A stretch of 61,262 nucleotides of DNA, filler included, from Nemertoderma westbladi (Eukaryota > Animalia > Xenacoelomorpha): assembly GCA_032718475.1 (NCBI GenBank). It is 3 parts of 3 records of this genome, joined end to end, with 100 filler letters (N's around TTAATTAATTAA, not from the genome) between each part and the next. Parts side by side here need not be neighbours in the genome. Positions count along the whole stretch, not along the records: positions 35,803 to 61,262 come from JAUCBJ010008435.1; 2 more parts are not named here. One strand, written 5' to 3'. A program made the position numbers and the translations under genes. Below, piece by piece: positions 35,703 to 47,463 of the stretch (the stretch's first letter is position 1; the number at the start of each line of letters is the position of its first letter). The notes under the pieces are model-generated. The model worked only from the letters and a program-made list of their open reading frames with translations, was not told where the DNA came from and did no database searches.

Positions 35703-35802
35703 NNNNNNNNNNNNNNNNNNNNNNNNNNNNNNNNNNNNNNNNNNNNTTAATTAATTAANNNNNNNNNNNNNNNNNNNNNNNNNNNNNNNNNNNNNNNNNN
35801 NN
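35703..35802. other. Artificial contig linker
   Basis: 44 N + TTAATTAATTAA + 44 N. Confidence 0.95.
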
Positions 35803-36095
35803 ATAGGTGAATGTTACTGCTAAGGTGTGTTTACAGTAGCCAGTCGCAATCGTAAAGTAACCTAACTCTCCAAGGAATACCTGAAGTACATCTAAGCCTT
35901 TGGGACGGACAGTCGAGTGACTTGTGCCGGTTGTCGTTGTCGTTGTGCGGCTACGTCGTTGGCGAAAGTACGGCGGCGACGACACATCGGCGCTGAGGAT
36001 CTCGTCCTGTCCGGGGGTTGATTGGGGTAGGCAGCGACGCCCGCTCGCCTAAATATAAACTCCTTATAATGTGGATAAACTCATATATAGCAGAC

Positions 36096-36791
36096 ATGAC
36101 GGAGTTGATAGAAGATGGTCTTGGTATCGGGGAGCGATATACTCTACTTTTACAAGCGTTTGTTGATAGCTTAATACGCGGCGACGTTAGTCCAACTGCT
36201 GCAGAGGACGATGGTCGTTATATCGAACCGACAATGTCCCAAGTGCAGCTCTCGCGGGAGTTGGACTATAGAAAATTCGCTGCTCGATATACGCAGCGTA
36301 ATGGTACGTATATGGGCTTCTTAACTACTGGTCATCCTATCGATTTACACGATACGGACAATGTCGACACCAAAAGGGAAATGGTACGATTGAAATATCC
36401 TACCCAGCGGAGGCGGAACGATAAACCGAGAATGGAACACGAGAATTCTATTCGAAACAGACTCGAAAGAGAAAACGTTGAGGAGCCGGATAAACGCAGC
36501 GACTTCAACGATTATCTGGAATTCCTGATAGAAACATATCTCAATATTGCCAGTCAACAAAATCTAGAAACTCGATATCCTCAAGGTATACATCATGACC
36601 GCATGGTAGAACTCAAACGGCTCGATTCCCCTATGATGTATCTTACCGCCGATCGACCGCTACCTGTTGTACCGAATAGCTTCGAACGGATGGAGGAATA
36701 TTGTAAGCTGGAGAAAGATCACTCGCGTTTCCCCTACAAGACGTACGTTTTTGGGTATTATTACGGTAAATGCCCTAGACCCAGCCAATAA
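36096..36791 (+). CDS. Hypothetical intronless protein, no recognisable domain
   Basis: Non-repetitive 231-codon ORF from ATG 36096 (alternative ATG 36069). TATA-like sequence upstream and AATAAA overlapping the stop. Confidence 0.45.
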   Translation: MTELIEDGLGIGERYTLLLQAFVDSLIRGDVSPTAAEDDGRYIEPTMSQVQLSRELDYRKFAARYTQRNGTYMGFLTTGHPIDLHDTDNVDTKREMVRLKYPTQRRRNDKPRMEHENSIRNRLERENVEEPDKRSDFNDYLEFLIETYLNIASQQNLETRYPQGIHHDRMVELKRLDSPMMYLTADRPLPVVPNSFERMEEYCKLEKDHSRFPYKTYVFGYYYGKCPRPSQ

Positions 36792-39097
36792 ACGGAAAGA
36801 CATAAACATCCACGGAAACGTTGTGTTAAACACAGTGGTGTTCGTTATATTTACTGGAGTTTCGAGCGAAACTTGTTTGACGTATCACCTATGCTCACTC
36901 GGCTCTAACGATCCTAGAGTAAACCTATGATCAGAGTCCCGTAATACTCGGTCAAACCTCCTCATTCCTTAGTTGGACCTCAGACCTGCGATCCTGGTGG
37001 TGTCGCGGATCCTCGCGGACGGTATTCACTGTTCAAGATCTAGTGCTACCCTAACAATTAATCGGTAACACTCCGACAGTGATTTCTAGCTAGCCGCCCA
37101 TCTTACCTAGCCGGATTATGACGCAGACACCTAATATCACTATCCAACCGTATGGTCGTCCCGTTTAACGCAATACAACCCTTCATCAAGGTGAAGGAGA
37201 GCGTTGTACGACACGAGTTAAACGCTATTCTATAAAGATCAACAAAGAAACCTGCGTTTGTTCAGATAAACGTAAGTTATAACATTAAGTCCAATCGATA
37301 AACGAATTGGCCTTATCTCAGTTCGATTGGGAAACCTCGAATCTCAAAGAAGATATCAAGCTTAGAAAACCCTATTCTCTGCGAGAGTTTTGGATGAACG
37401 TATCCCATGACAAGCGGAGGAAAATCAGCTCGAGGAGAAGCATATCGAAATGGACGAGACACCGACCGTAAACCCAAACCTTTTAATGCAATCATATTGC
37501 ACCCTTCACCCAGGAGTTATGGCCCTCCTAGTAAAGTGGCTTCCCCCAAAGAGAAAAGGACTCTTGCTAGCCTTAAGAAACTGCGTAAACGCCGTCCGCG
37601 CAAGAAAGACTAACTGTTTAGAGTATTTTTATATTTTAGAAACTGTGATTTTGTATATTTTATAGACTTAAATCCCATTTTCTGGGAGCGGTGTAAAAGC
37701 TTTTGTGGGATAACTGATTCGTTTGCCTTGTTGGCCAGTTCCCCCCCAGTCGCTAAGAATACTCTCAAAGTGATCTACAGCTAAAAATAGTGCAAGTTAC
37801 CAGCTTATTGGCTGATTTGCTGTACGCAGGCATCTGGGCTCTGTTTAATCGGCCAACAAGCCTAGGGAGGTTGCGTCATAGCCTTGTTTTTGTATCTCCC
37901 AATAGAATTTTGAGTTAGCCTTGATTTTGACCAATCACAGAGTACTGAACTGAAAATTTCCTATCTCACTGCTCTTTCTCTGTGTTGAACGGGAGCTTCG
38001 TGGAATAAGAGTGGTTGGTATACTCGTATAGAGCAGTAGTCACGAGTTTTTCAAAGCCACGAAAGAACGGCTTTTAGTGTTTTATGTTTTATGCTTTTTA
38101 GCTCAACACTAGTAGGTTTAATTACAAGGACATATATCCTTTAACTGACGAAACAAACACTCTGCAATTTCGTAATCACTGCATACTGCAGTACTGCATA
38201 CACTGCATACTGTGTAATACTGTGCATACTTTTATATTGTTATACTGCTATTTACTGTCAGTTCTTCATAATATGGTTGATGAATTATTATATTTGGAAT
38301 AACGAGAAATAACCCCGAAACCCAATATTCTTGATATACCGAAGGTAAGAGAGAAAGGTTACAGATAAACGATTGTGACTTATGTTAAAGTGGTTTGAAG
38401 TGAATCTAATGTTATTTGATAGACCCTACATGAGTCAGTCTGTGTTCCTTTTATATGTGACTAAAATCAGTGAAGATCGGCAGATTAGTGTGCAGTATTG
38501 TGCAGCATTGTGTATGAGTGAGTCTGTTAAAGAAGCATTCCTAAAGAATGCGCCATATATGTGAATTATAATTAAGCCATATCGTTGTGAGTAGTTTAAG
38601 TCATAACTCTGTTTATGTAGATAAAGCGCCACGTCCTAAAGGAACTGTTAATATTCCCGAAGGTAAATAATATTGTCAGAGATTATATAATACTGTCAGT
38701 CGAATAATACATTAGGCTTACATAGCAACAAAATTAAACCGTCGAACCCAATCTCCCGGGAATATCCAGCGGGTGAATGGTCGCGCACGGATTGGTTTCG
38801 ACTAGTGTAGTGAATCAAATACTTGTCATAGGCTAAAAAGCGATTTAATATCTAGAAGACATCTTAATTTGGCGGGTTAAACTGCCAAAGGTCTGAAAGC
38901 GCGAACAATCGTTCTCTGACGAAGTAATCTTATTTAAATAGGCCTACCGGTATCTAACGGTATCTATCGTTATTATCATTCTACACAGTTCGTAAGCAAT
39001 GTACACCGGGTCCTCTAATGTCCAATTAGCTTTCAACCTTGTAAATGATGTCTTTATATTAGAATTAAGAACAGCAGCAATTTCCGACATTCCAATC

Positions 39098-39229
39098 TCT
39101 ACAAAACACAATAGAGTCGGTGTAGAAACTCGAACATTTAATCTACAAAACACAATAGAGTCGGTGTAGAAACTCGAACATTTAATCTACAAAACACAAT
39201 AGAGTCGGTGTAGAAACTCGAACATTTAA
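39098..39229. repeat. 44-bp unit, three copies
   Basis: TCTACAAAACACAATAGAGTCGGTGTAGAAACTCGAACATTTAA at 39098, 39142 and 39186. Confidence 0.9.
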
Positions 39230-39529
39230 CAAAATTTTTACTGAACATTCAACAATATATTGATGATAATTCACGCTTACTGGTCTCACCAACCCAAGTA
39301 TCACTAGAGTAATTGCACAATCGAATACCTTTTTCTTTAACGAAACGGTATATTACTGTTTACTGCACAAAATTTTGCAAATTTTACGAACTTGTTTAGC
39401 ACATTTCTTTACATGTAAACCCAACCTTGTTCTTAATAAAACCATACTGCGAAAACATTTCCCCTAAATAAACGTAGCTATCTGTATTTTCAATTCATAA
39501 GTTTTCAATATTCAAATCCTCCATATCGG

Positions 39530-39967
39530 CAGAGGCATAGAGAGCCCTTCTGGCGCCCAGGGGAATGAAGCTGAGATACCCCCCCCCCCCCCCCCCCCCC
39601 CTTCAATAATTTTAACTTTTCATTTATGGTGGGTTTTTTTAATATTATATAGGCCTAACAGAATATAACATTAAAAAAAAACATCTAAAAAACAGTTTAC
39701 TAAAAGTATATAACTATATCAAATCTCTTATACACAAGTTTGTTATAGTGAAATTATAATACTGTATATTTAATGGCGAGCGAAGAGAGCAGATAAAAAT
39801 TTTACATTTTTCGCTAATGACACATGTCCTGCATACTGACTGTATCACAATCCCTGAATTTTCATCCCTGAGGTTCAAGAATACCCTGATATTTGCCTGG
39901 CATTTCAGTGCCCGGGGTGAGTGCGCCTGGGGGAACATTCCCCCTCCCCCTCCTCGCTACGCCTCTG
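39530..39967. mobile_element. hAT-type MITE
   Basis: TIRs CAGAGGCATAG / CTACGCCTCTG. 8-bp TSD CATATCGG at 39522-39529 and 39968-39975. Confidence 0.85.
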
Positions 39968-40204
39968 CATATCGGCCTTGTAACCGTTTATTACCATGAA
40001 CTTTGTTTTACTACAATTAATACTGTAATCATACCGATACACTCCTCCTAACAATATTTCATGCAGTTCCTTTAAGTACGATTTATTCGAACTTTAAACA
40101 TATTACTAAGTGTATCAATAGGCCTATAGACAGTAATTAGAAATAAACTTGTAGGTGCACCCTATCTACAGTATCTCCTGCGTTTGTTCTTATTGTTTGA
40201 CACT

Positions 40205-40531
40205 TGTTCCAGCTCCCCTACAGATCTCCATGGACTCTATTATAGGCCATGCTCCCCCCCCCCCCCCCCCCCCTTTCACACTTTTGTTGTTTATATGTAC
40301 AGCAGTATTACCGGTCTCCCTATAGGCCTACCATTCATTGTATATTTTATTGTACCGTTCACCAGTATTGGTGTTTATTGTCTGATGGTTTATTGTTTAT
40401 ATGAGTTACCGCCATCCATTATCTTACATTATTGATATTGAACCAAACATATTATCTTATGTTTTTCATCACACCATTTGCCCTCTCCACTATACAGTCC
40501 TGGACCAGTCGGATCTATTGGGATCCTCACA
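40205..40531 (+). repeat. BEL/Pao 5' LTR
   Basis: Near-identical to 46162-46485, differing around the poly-C run. Confidence 0.95.
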
Positions 40532-40757
40532 CTCTTCGAACCGGATCAGAATCGCACCTAATAAATAAATACTGAAATTGGAAATATTGGACAGTTTAGC
40601 CTAACCTAACAAGAAAATACTGTAATGCCAGAAAGCTGTAATTTCCATGTTATATTTAATACCTACTGACCTACCGGTAGATAACTGGTACAGTAGTTAT
40701 GTCGGACGACGACACTAACCCACCTACATCTGATCTCCAACCCTCAACCGTGGGGGT

Positions 40758-43700
40758 GTGGATACCGGTGGCCCTCCCAACCTAACCACTGAAATCAATG
40801 CGATAAAACGTACTCGAGGGATAGAACGCACAAAAGCTCGTAAACTCATAACAGAACTTGAGACTTTATGGTGTAAGAACGAGGAAGATATCGACTCGGA
40901 TGAGTTGGTGTACCAAATCGAACTCGTGGACAGACAACGTAAAATATTAAACTCGATAGATTCGGAGTTAATTGACCTTGGATATTCTCCGGAACCTTCT
41001 AACTACGACCGCGACTTGGATAAAACTTTATTTAAATCCAATCGAATTTTATCCCAGATTGAGAGAACAAACTCGAATTCTTCTACAAATTCCGGCAGCC
41101 AGTCGCACCATTCCTCCAACCATGGCATTGCCAGTAGTACCCATGGATTACCTAAAATTGCTGTCCCAACGTTTGATGGCGAATTTATGTCTTGGCGTCC
41201 CTTCTGGGATCAATATGAAGCATTGATCCATAACCGACCAGGTTTATCTGAGGTTCAGAAGTTTGTCTACCTCCGTAGTTCTCTGATTAATGACGCTAAA
41301 GAGGCCCTTTCAGGTATATCATTGACGGCCAGTAATTATAACGATGCTATTACTATACTAAAACGCCGTTATGGTAATCCTAACCTACTTATAGGATTAT
41401 ATGCGAGCCGCCTATGCTCATTGCCAATGATCCAGACAACCAACCTTAAAGTATTCCGTGAAACTATTGATTCTTTTGAGGGCGCATTGCGGGAAATCCG
41501 ACATTTATCTACAGAAATTTCTCCAAGTGGAACTCCTTTGAGTGATAAATCGCCAGATTTAACTTCACTTCTATTAGCCCCTCTACTTTTACAGAAACTC
41601 CCAATAGATTTAGTTCTTATCTGGAACCGTAACCATGCCTCTGAACGATTTAATTTGGGGGCGTTATTAACCTTTGTAAACTCAGAACTAGAATCGCTCG
41701 AGTCAGTAGCTTATGGAGCGACTAACACCATACCTCGGTCTAGTCCCAAATATACCAATAATACAGGTAAAACATACGTACCTTATAATACTAGGGGTAA
41801 TTTTGCCTCAACAATTGCCCTAGCTACCGGTGATAATTTGGCTCAGTATAAACCCAATTTAATGTGCCCTGCATGTAAAGGGGCAACCCATAAACTCAAA
41901 ACCTGCACTACCTTTATGAACAAAATGGTTGATGGTCGTATTTCAATAATTCGCACTGCCAAACTTTGTAGTAATTGTTTTGGACCACATCCTACATATG
42001 AATGTCCATCTTCAGAATTATGCCACCATTGTGGTAAATTACATCACACCTTATTATGCTACCGCAATGAAAGGGATAAAGCAGCTACTGCTACAATCCC
42101 CAAAACGGGAAGTAACCGATCTGACCACCAAAATAATTCCACTTCAGAAGCTACCCATCCCCATAACCATTACAAACGTAATAACTTTCATCAGAAAAGA
42201 TTTTATCCACCTCCCCGGCAGGGTGATGCTCGGCAGGGTGATACAGCAATCTCTGTAAACCCTGTGAACACTACCGATTCGAGCATAATCATGCACACTT
42301 CTGCCATTTTTATAAAACTAGCCCTATGTTTTATTACACATCCATATATTAATAATGGTTATTGGATACATATTTACCTTGATGATGGATCGAAACGATC
42401 TTATATTCAATATGATCTTAGTCAAGCTCTTGACCTGCCTTGTTTACAATCACAGCTTATGACAACTGGATCCTTTGGTGGAAACTGCACAACGCAGCAA
42501 TCCAATCTTGTCCAGTTTAACCTTTTCAGCCAGTTTTCTCAGGCACCAATCCAACTAAATGCATGGACTACTGAGAAATTATGTCCTCCCATTAAACAAG
42601 AAACTATGTCCTCAATACCAAATAGCCTATCCCATTTAACCCAATGGGCAGATACTTTTGATGGTGGGGATAGGCACATATCCTTAATTATAGGAGCAGA
42701 CCAGATTTGGAATGTCACAAATTTTGTACAGAATTTCCCTAACCAGCCAGCAGTTATTGACACATTTTTTGGTTGTGTTTTATCTGGTGCCACTTCTCCT
42801 GGTAGTACCCATATACCCGTCTCTCTGTCAGGATCTAACCCATCCATGTTACTTACCGAACCTATAGAAGTTATACAATTCTGGAATTTAGAAACTGTAG
42901 GTATAAAAAAGGATGAAGTGGATTGCACTCCTTACCCTATACCTGAGCGTTCTCCTGATGATCCATCACGATATCGAGTTCGACTTCCCTTCCGGTGTCT
43001 CCTTCGCCCAAAATCGAACTTTTCCATAGTTCAGCGGCAACAAAAGCGAATTATTTCCCAACTGAAACCATCCGAGCTCGATATTTACCAGACAAAAATG
43101 AGTAAATTACAGACTGATGGTATTGTTACCACGGCAACCAGTCCCCCTGATACTGGATTTTATCTCCCACACCACCTTGCTCGGAAAGATACTAAGCCTC
43201 GGGTGGTATTTAATGGGTCAGCTGGGGATCCTGATGGTATTAGCCTCAATGCATGTCTGGATCCAGGTCCTAACCTTCTATCATCACTAGTTGATGTTTT
43301 ATTACGATTCCGATTCTATAAATATGTTGTGGCCGCTGATATTACCGCCGCTTACCATCAAGTGGAGGTTCATCCTAACGATAGGAAGTGGTTAAAATAT
43401 ATTTGCAATAACCAAGAATGTGAATTTACTAGAGTTCCCTTTGGAATAACTCCAAGTGGATATTTGTTACATTCTACTGTACAACATCATATTGTATCAA
43501 ACACGGACCCCAGTACAGCCTCTGAGATTATTAAACATCTTTATTGTGATGATTTTTACCGTTCATCTAATAATCAAAATGAGTTACATACCTTCCTAGC
43601 CCATGTTATTGATTTATTAGCTACTGCTGGTATGGCCTTGAAACCTGTAGTAAACCCTCAAAAGGTTCTCGGGTTATGTTGGGATAGCCATGCCGATGCT

Positions 43701-46139
43701 ATCTCGATTGATACATCTAAGGTTGTATTACCCCCAGTCTTGACGCGCCGAGCTGTTCTTCGTGTTATTTGTTTAGTTTTTGATCCTCTTGGCCTACTAA
43801 GCCCCTGGATTTTGCAAGGCCGTTTGATTCTCCAGCAATCTTGGCAAACCGGCCATGGTTGGAACCATCCCCTACCTGATCAATTATGTGATAAACTGAC
43901 CCGATGGGTTGCAGATGCCCAGATTTCTGTTACTTTCCCCAGATGCATTCATCTTAACTCTGACTGCGATATCCATGTCTTTTGCGACGCATCATTGTTG
44001 GCATATGCATTTCTGGTTTATGTAGTCCCCCCTTTAGGGATTCCTGTATTGCTTTATGGTAAATCGCGAGCTGCTCCATTGAAGCCAACAACTCTTTCCA
44101 CTCCTCGCCTGGAGATAATGGCTTGTCTTTTGGGGGCTCGATTCTCTAATCATATCACTAAGAAATTACTTACTCCTCGATCCTTACACCTTTGGAGCGA
44201 CTCAATGTGTGCCCTTCAGTGGATAAGAAAGGGAACATCGAAGAAAGATATCTTTGTCCGTAATCGTTTGTTGGAAATAAACTCTCTAACTGAGTCTTCC
44301 CAATGGCATTTTGTACCAACTGCAGACAATCCTGCCGACATTCCATCTCGTGGATGTTCTTTATATATACTCCAGTCTAGCCATTTATATCGTCATGGCC
44401 CAGAATTCCTTTTAATGGATTCCTCATATTGGCCTCAAGAACCATTGCCTCCACCTCAGCTCCTCATTGTTGAGACCCCGAATCCTATGGATTTAGAACA
44501 GGTTATTACGATTCGTAACTTTTCCACATTATCTCGCTTAATAAATGTACTATCATGGGTGAGACGGTTTATACATAACATCTCTACGAGATCTGCGAAA
44601 ATCAGTGGACCTTTACATGTCTCAGAAGTAAGTGAATCTAAGAACTTATTAATCTGCAATGAACAATCTCTTTTCTATGACAGCGAGATCAAACATTTGG
44701 GAAATAAATCAACACCACTTCCCCGATCCTCAAGTATATGGCGACTTCATCCCCAAATCAAGGATGGAATTTTGATGATGTCACCTCGAACTTGTGAGAA
44801 ATTGCTTCCAATCTTACCCAGTAAGAGTCATTTGACTCGCTTGATTGCCAATGCTATGCATTCCTGCTTAATGCACCAAGGATCTGAAGCGACATTAGCC
44901 CTAATTCGTCGTGATTATTGGATCCCCAGTGGCCGTTCCTTAGTACGATCTATAGTACATGGATGTACCAAATGCTTACGATACAATGCTTTACCTTGTC
45001 AACCAACTGAATCATCTTTGCACCCATTTAGAGTTGAACCTAAACCACCCTTCTACATCTCTGGAGTAGATTTCTTTGGACCTCTTATCCTCCGCGATGG
45101 AACAACAGTCCTTGGGTTACTCTTTACTTGTGCTATTACACGCGCCATTCATCTTGAACTGGTGGATAATGGGAGTGCTAAACTCACTCACCTAGCTCTA
45201 CGTAAATTTCTAGCGCGTCGCATTCCATCTCTTCAAGAGATTGAGATGCGTTCTGATAACGCCAAAACATTTCTGAAATTATCAACCATGAAATTTTCAT
45301 CACATGTCATTAAGTGGAAGTTTATCCCGGCCCGATCTCCACACTGGGGAGGTTGGTGGGAGAGACTGGTGCGCTGTGTGAAGCGATGTCTTCGGATTAC
45401 TTGTCATAATCAATCATTTACTCGTCCCGAGTTAGATTCCATACTAACTGAAGTTGAAGCAGCTGTTAACTTACGGCCACTTACTGCATTCTCTGATGAC
45501 CCTGGAGATAATTCACCTTTGACACCAAGTCATTTTCTACATTGTCCAGGTCCACCTCCAGATAATGTTATCAATCCTTCTGCATACTCTGGATCTGATG
45601 TTCTACGCCATTCATTATTTAAACGTGACAAAGCAATCCGATCATTTTGGAAACTGTGGTCGACGCAATATCTTGCATCATTACGTTGCTGGAGAACAGT
45701 TGGTCAACGACCCAGGTGTATACCACAACCTGGTACAATTGTTCTTGTTGCACATACTGGTAAAACCTATATACCACGATCTAGGTGGCCATTGGCCCGG
45801 ATCATTCGACTTCATCCAGGCCATGATGGGTCTAATCAATGCGCTGATATTTTACTTAATGGTAAAACAACAACTCGATCATTGCATCTACTTATCCCAT
45901 TGGAAAGTGACCTAGACTCGGACTCTATACTACCATCTACACCAGGGGGTCTCACACCGAGACCAACTCCTAAACCTGTGGTACCACATACTGCGACCAC
46001 ACCTCGACTTGTTTCAAATGAGGTACCTAGGACAATTTCGGCACCACCGCCTGTGATTGTCACTTCACGTAGTAGGCTTAATCCGACAATGACTTCAAGT
46101 GGACGCAACATTCGTCGCCCGCAACGTTTCGAAACCTGA
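40758..46139 (+). CDS. BEL/Pao gag-pol polyprotein (1793 aa)
   Basis: PTFDG..WRPFWDQY gag, three Cys/His knuckles, LDDGS protease, YCDD RT, FCDAS and DNPAD RNase H, GVDFFGP/RSDNA/GGWWERLV integrase. Confidence 0.95.
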   Translation: MDTGGPPNLTTEINAIKRTRGIERTKARKLITELETLWCKNEEDIDSDELVYQIELVDRQRKILNSIDSELIDLGYSPEPSNYDRDLDKTLFKSNRILSQIERTNSNSSTNSGSQSHHSSNHGIASSTHGLPKIAVPTFDGEFMSWRPFWDQYEALIHNRPGLSEVQKFVYLRSSLINDAKEALSGISLTASNYNDAITILKRRYGNPNLLIGLYASRLCSLPMIQTTNLKVFRETIDSFEGALREIRHLSTEISPSGTPLSDKSPDLTSLLLAPLLLQKLPIDLVLIWNRNHASERFNLGALLTFVNSELESLESVAYGATNTIPRSSPKYTNNTGKTYVPYNTRGNFASTIALATGDNLAQYKPNLMCPACKGATHKLKTCTTFMNKMVDGRISIIRTAKLCSNCFGPHPTYECPSSELCHHCGKLHHTLLCYRNERDKAATATIPKTGSNRSDHQNNSTSEATHPHNHYKRNNFHQKRFYPPPRQGDARQGDTAISVNPVNTTDSSIIMHTSAIFIKLALCFITHPYINNGYWIHIYLDDGSKRSYIQYDLSQALDLPCLQSQLMTTGSFGGNCTTQQSNLVQFNLFSQFSQAPIQLNAWTTEKLCPPIKQETMSSIPNSLSHLTQWADTFDGGDRHISLIIGADQIWNVTNFVQNFPNQPAVIDTFFGCVLSGATSPGSTHIPVSLSGSNPSMLLTEPIEVIQFWNLETVGIKKDEVDCTPYPIPERSPDDPSRYRVRLPFRCLLRPKSNFSIVQRQQKRIISQLKPSELDIYQTKMSKLQTDGIVTTATSPPDTGFYLPHHLARKDTKPRVVFNGSAGDPDGISLNACLDPGPNLLSSLVDVLLRFRFYKYVVAADITAAYHQVEVHPNDRKWLKYICNNQECEFTRVPFGITPSGYLLHSTVQHHIVSNTDPSTASEIIKHLYCDDFYRSSNNQNELHTFLAHVIDLLATAGMALKPVVNPQKVLGLCWDSHADAISIDTSKVVLPPVLTRRAVLRVICLVFDPLGLLSPWILQGRLILQQSWQTGHGWNHPLPDQLCDKLTRWVADAQISVTFPRCIHLNSDCDIHVFCDASLLAYAFLVYVVPPLGIPVLLYGKSRAAPLKPTTLSTPRLEIMACLLGARFSNHITKKLLTPRSLHLWSDSMCALQWIRKGTSKKDIFVRNRLLEINSLTESSQWHFVPTADNPADIPSRGCSLYILQSSHLYRHGPEFLLMDSSYWPQEPLPPPQLLIVETPNPMDLEQVITIRNFSTLSRLINVLSWVRRFIHNISTRSAKISGPLHVSEVSESKNLLICNEQSLFYDSEIKHLGNKSTPLPRSSSIWRLHPQIKDGILMMSPRTCEKLLPILPSKSHLTRLIANAMHSCLMHQGSEATLALIRRDYWIPSGRSLVRSIVHGCTKCLRYNALPCQPTESSLHPFRVEPKPPFYISGVDFFGPLILRDGTTVLGLLFTCAITRAIHLELVDNGSAKLTHLALRKFLARRIPSLQEIEMRSDNAKTFLKLSTMKFSSHVIKWKFIPARSPHWGGWWERLVRCVKRCLRITCHNQSFTRPELDSILTEVEAAVNLRPLTAFSDDPGDNSPLTPSHFLHCPGPPPDNVINPSAYSGSDVLRHSLFKRDKAIRSFWKLWSTQYLASLRCWRTVGQRPRCIPQPGTIVLVAHTGKTYIPRSRWPLARIIRLHPGHDGSNQCADILLNGKTTTRSLHLLIPLESDLDSDSILPSTPGGLTPRPTPKPVVPHTATTPRLVSNEVPRTISAPPPVIVTSRSRLNPTMTSSGRNIRRPQRFET

Positions 46140-46161
46140 TGCCGATTTCGACGTGGGGGTG

Positions 46162-46485
46162 TGTTCCAGCTCCCCTACAGATCTCCATGGACTCTATTAT
46201 AGGCCATTTCTCCCCCCCCCCCCCCCCTTTCACACTTTTGTTGTTTATATGTACAGCAGTATTACCGGTCTCCCTATAGGCCTACCATTCATTGTATATT
46301 TTATTGTACCGTTCACCAGTATTGGTGTTTATTGTCTGATGGTTTATTGTTTATATGAGTTACCGCCATCCATTATCTTACATTATTGATATTGAACCAA
46401 ACATATTATCTTATGTTTTTCATCACACCATTTGCCCTCTCCACTATACAGTCCTGGACCAGTCGGATCTATTGGGATCCTCACA
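46162..46485 (+). repeat. BEL/Pao 3' LTR
   Basis: Preceded by a short G-rich tract and followed by the TSD. Confidence 0.95.
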
Positions 46486-47255
46486 ACACTTAAATACAAA
46501 AAATGTTTCTTCATATACTGTAACTGTAAGCGTGTAGGGTTTACTGCATTCTGATAACTCCATTAAATTCAATCATGAAATAGTTAATAGGCCTACTCAG
46601 CACGCAGGATTGATGTTCACTCTGGATTTAACTAAATTATTTTATATGAGCGGAATTGAACTACGATATCGTGCTACGTCATTAGGATCTTACACTCTTA
46701 GCACTTCTCCAAACTTCTCAAATCGAATGCCTGTAAATTGCAGACCTTGTCCACCACAGAAAGACAACCGGAGCACTTTGACTTGTATGGCTAATAACTT
46801 ACTGTGAATTGACTGAGGTGATTTCTGAAATGAAACTATGAAACAAGAGGTACGTACTAAAAGGTAGAACGACCTATAACGGGCTATAACGATCTATAAC
46901 GGGCTATAACTTCCTATAACAAGCTATAACCACCTATAACGAGCTATAATCTGAAAATTTACAATAAAAAAACATATTTTAGAATGCATTTATTTTCCTA
47001 GTCATTAATCTAATTACGCAGTTTGGTTTTTTAGTTCATAATGCTTTTCATCTTTGTGGTATCACGAAATCAGTCATTACTGCATTAGTCAGCATGCCAC
47101 TACTGCATTATCTGACTAGACTACAGTACAGGACTCAGACAGTGCAGAAGTGGAGAGGTCTCCCATCTCTCTGTCTATTCTCCATCCTGCCTGCCTGCTA
47201 TTCGCTGTCAGCTTCTGGTCGATATAGAATACAGGAATATAGTGAGCAATAAAGT

Positions 47256-47426
47256 TGTTATAATTAATCAGCTATCTTTATACTGCTGTTCAGTACACCT
47301 GTATACTGCTCATCAGTATACCGGTATTCTCATATTTACTTATGTATTGTATGTCTCGTAAAGCCATACTTGTGGTCTTTATATTATATTGTTTGTTACT
47401 CATCACCTCGTCATTCTTTCATTACA
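47256..47426 (+). repeat. Gypsy 5' LTR (171 bp)
   Basis: Matches 50939-51114 except for a 5-bp indel. Confidence 0.95.
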
Positions 47427-47463
47427 ATTTACGAGACATACAATAACTCAGTTTCATGGTATA

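Larger units (their letters stand above)
40205..46485 (+). mobile_element. Full-length BEL/Pao LTR retrotransposon
   Basis: TG..CA LTRs, 5-bp TSD ACACT (40200-40204, 46486-46490) and a single gag-pol ORF. Confidence 0.96.

Noticed and set aside
38760-39153. Possible minus-strand coding remnant
   Set aside because: Short, interrupted and without a motif I can recognise.
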